Position numbers and translations under genes: made by a program
Notes under the pieces: generated by a model
Databases searched by the model: none
Told to the model about the DNA's origin: nothing
What the model saw: the letters and a program-made list of their open reading frames with translations, nothing else
Shown here: in pieces, positions 63,701-64,000 of the stretch
Layout: the number at the start of each line of letters is the position of its first letter
How positions within the stretch are numbered: the first letter of the stretch is position 1
Origin: Sphagnum compactum
Lineage: Eukaryota
NCBI GenBank assembly: GCA_965153455.1
Contig: OZ234494.1
Coordinates: 6,448,001 to 6,512,000 of the forward strand
Direction: 5' to 3'
DNA length: 64,000 nt

Positions 63701-64000
63701 TGATGGGCTCAATGAAGGGTCCACACATGATGCCATGTCGGGCCACTAGTCGGGTTTTACCTTGTGACGCAGTTTCTTTATTTCAATCAAAGAATTCCAT
63801 GCAAAAGGAGTAAATAAGGAAGTGAGAGGAAAAGTAGTGACTTCAGAGTTCCAAAGATTCTTAAATTTCTTTTAGTTTGGGATTTGATTTTTTAAATGCC
63901 ACAAGAAGTTCACCAATTTGAAAGAGCTTTTGTCTTCTAGAAACACAGAAGTGGGTCTAATGTAAACAGAGCTGCTTGGCTTGAAAATCCCCCCCCTCAA

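Noticed and set aside
1-64000. tRNA, rRNA or snRNA genes and prokaryotic systems
   Set aside because: None were recognised by eye. A covariance-model scan (tRNAscan-SE, Infernal/Rfam) would be needed to exclude divergent ncRNAs.

Overview
This is eukaryotic land-plant genomic DNA. It is probably a bryophyte (Sphagnum-like), which I infer from composition, microsatellite and MITE content and the presence of a cNMP-binding gene. By hand I reconstructed five spliced genes: (1) an acidic disordered protein with an NLS-like motif (minus, 9837-11707); (2) a 14-exon cyclic-nucleotide-binding-domain gene (18025-23981) that the ORF track largely misses; (3) HAKAI, the RING subunit of the m6A writer complex (27024-29583); (4) an alpha/beta-hydrolase (35421-37254); (5) a class 3 lipase with a GC-AG intron (39769-42899). 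A weak two-exon small ORF lies at 30714-31656. A MIR166 hairpin (minus, 59041-59210) sits inside a TATA-driven pri-miRNA whose first ORF is a 28-codon miPEP candidate. The left end holds a decayed CRE/SLACS-like retrotransposon and two head-to-tail Helitron-like elements (3132-7696 and 7697-8440). The larger element carries captured exon fragments: an oligopeptide transporter, two pieces of the alpha/beta-hydrolase located about 31 kb downstream in this window, two copies of an adenylate kinase P-loop exon, unidentified pieces and a decayed RepHel-like repeat ORF. There is also a hAT-type MITE with an 8-bp TSD and several minisatellites. All gene models and family calls are from manual reading; no database searches were run.
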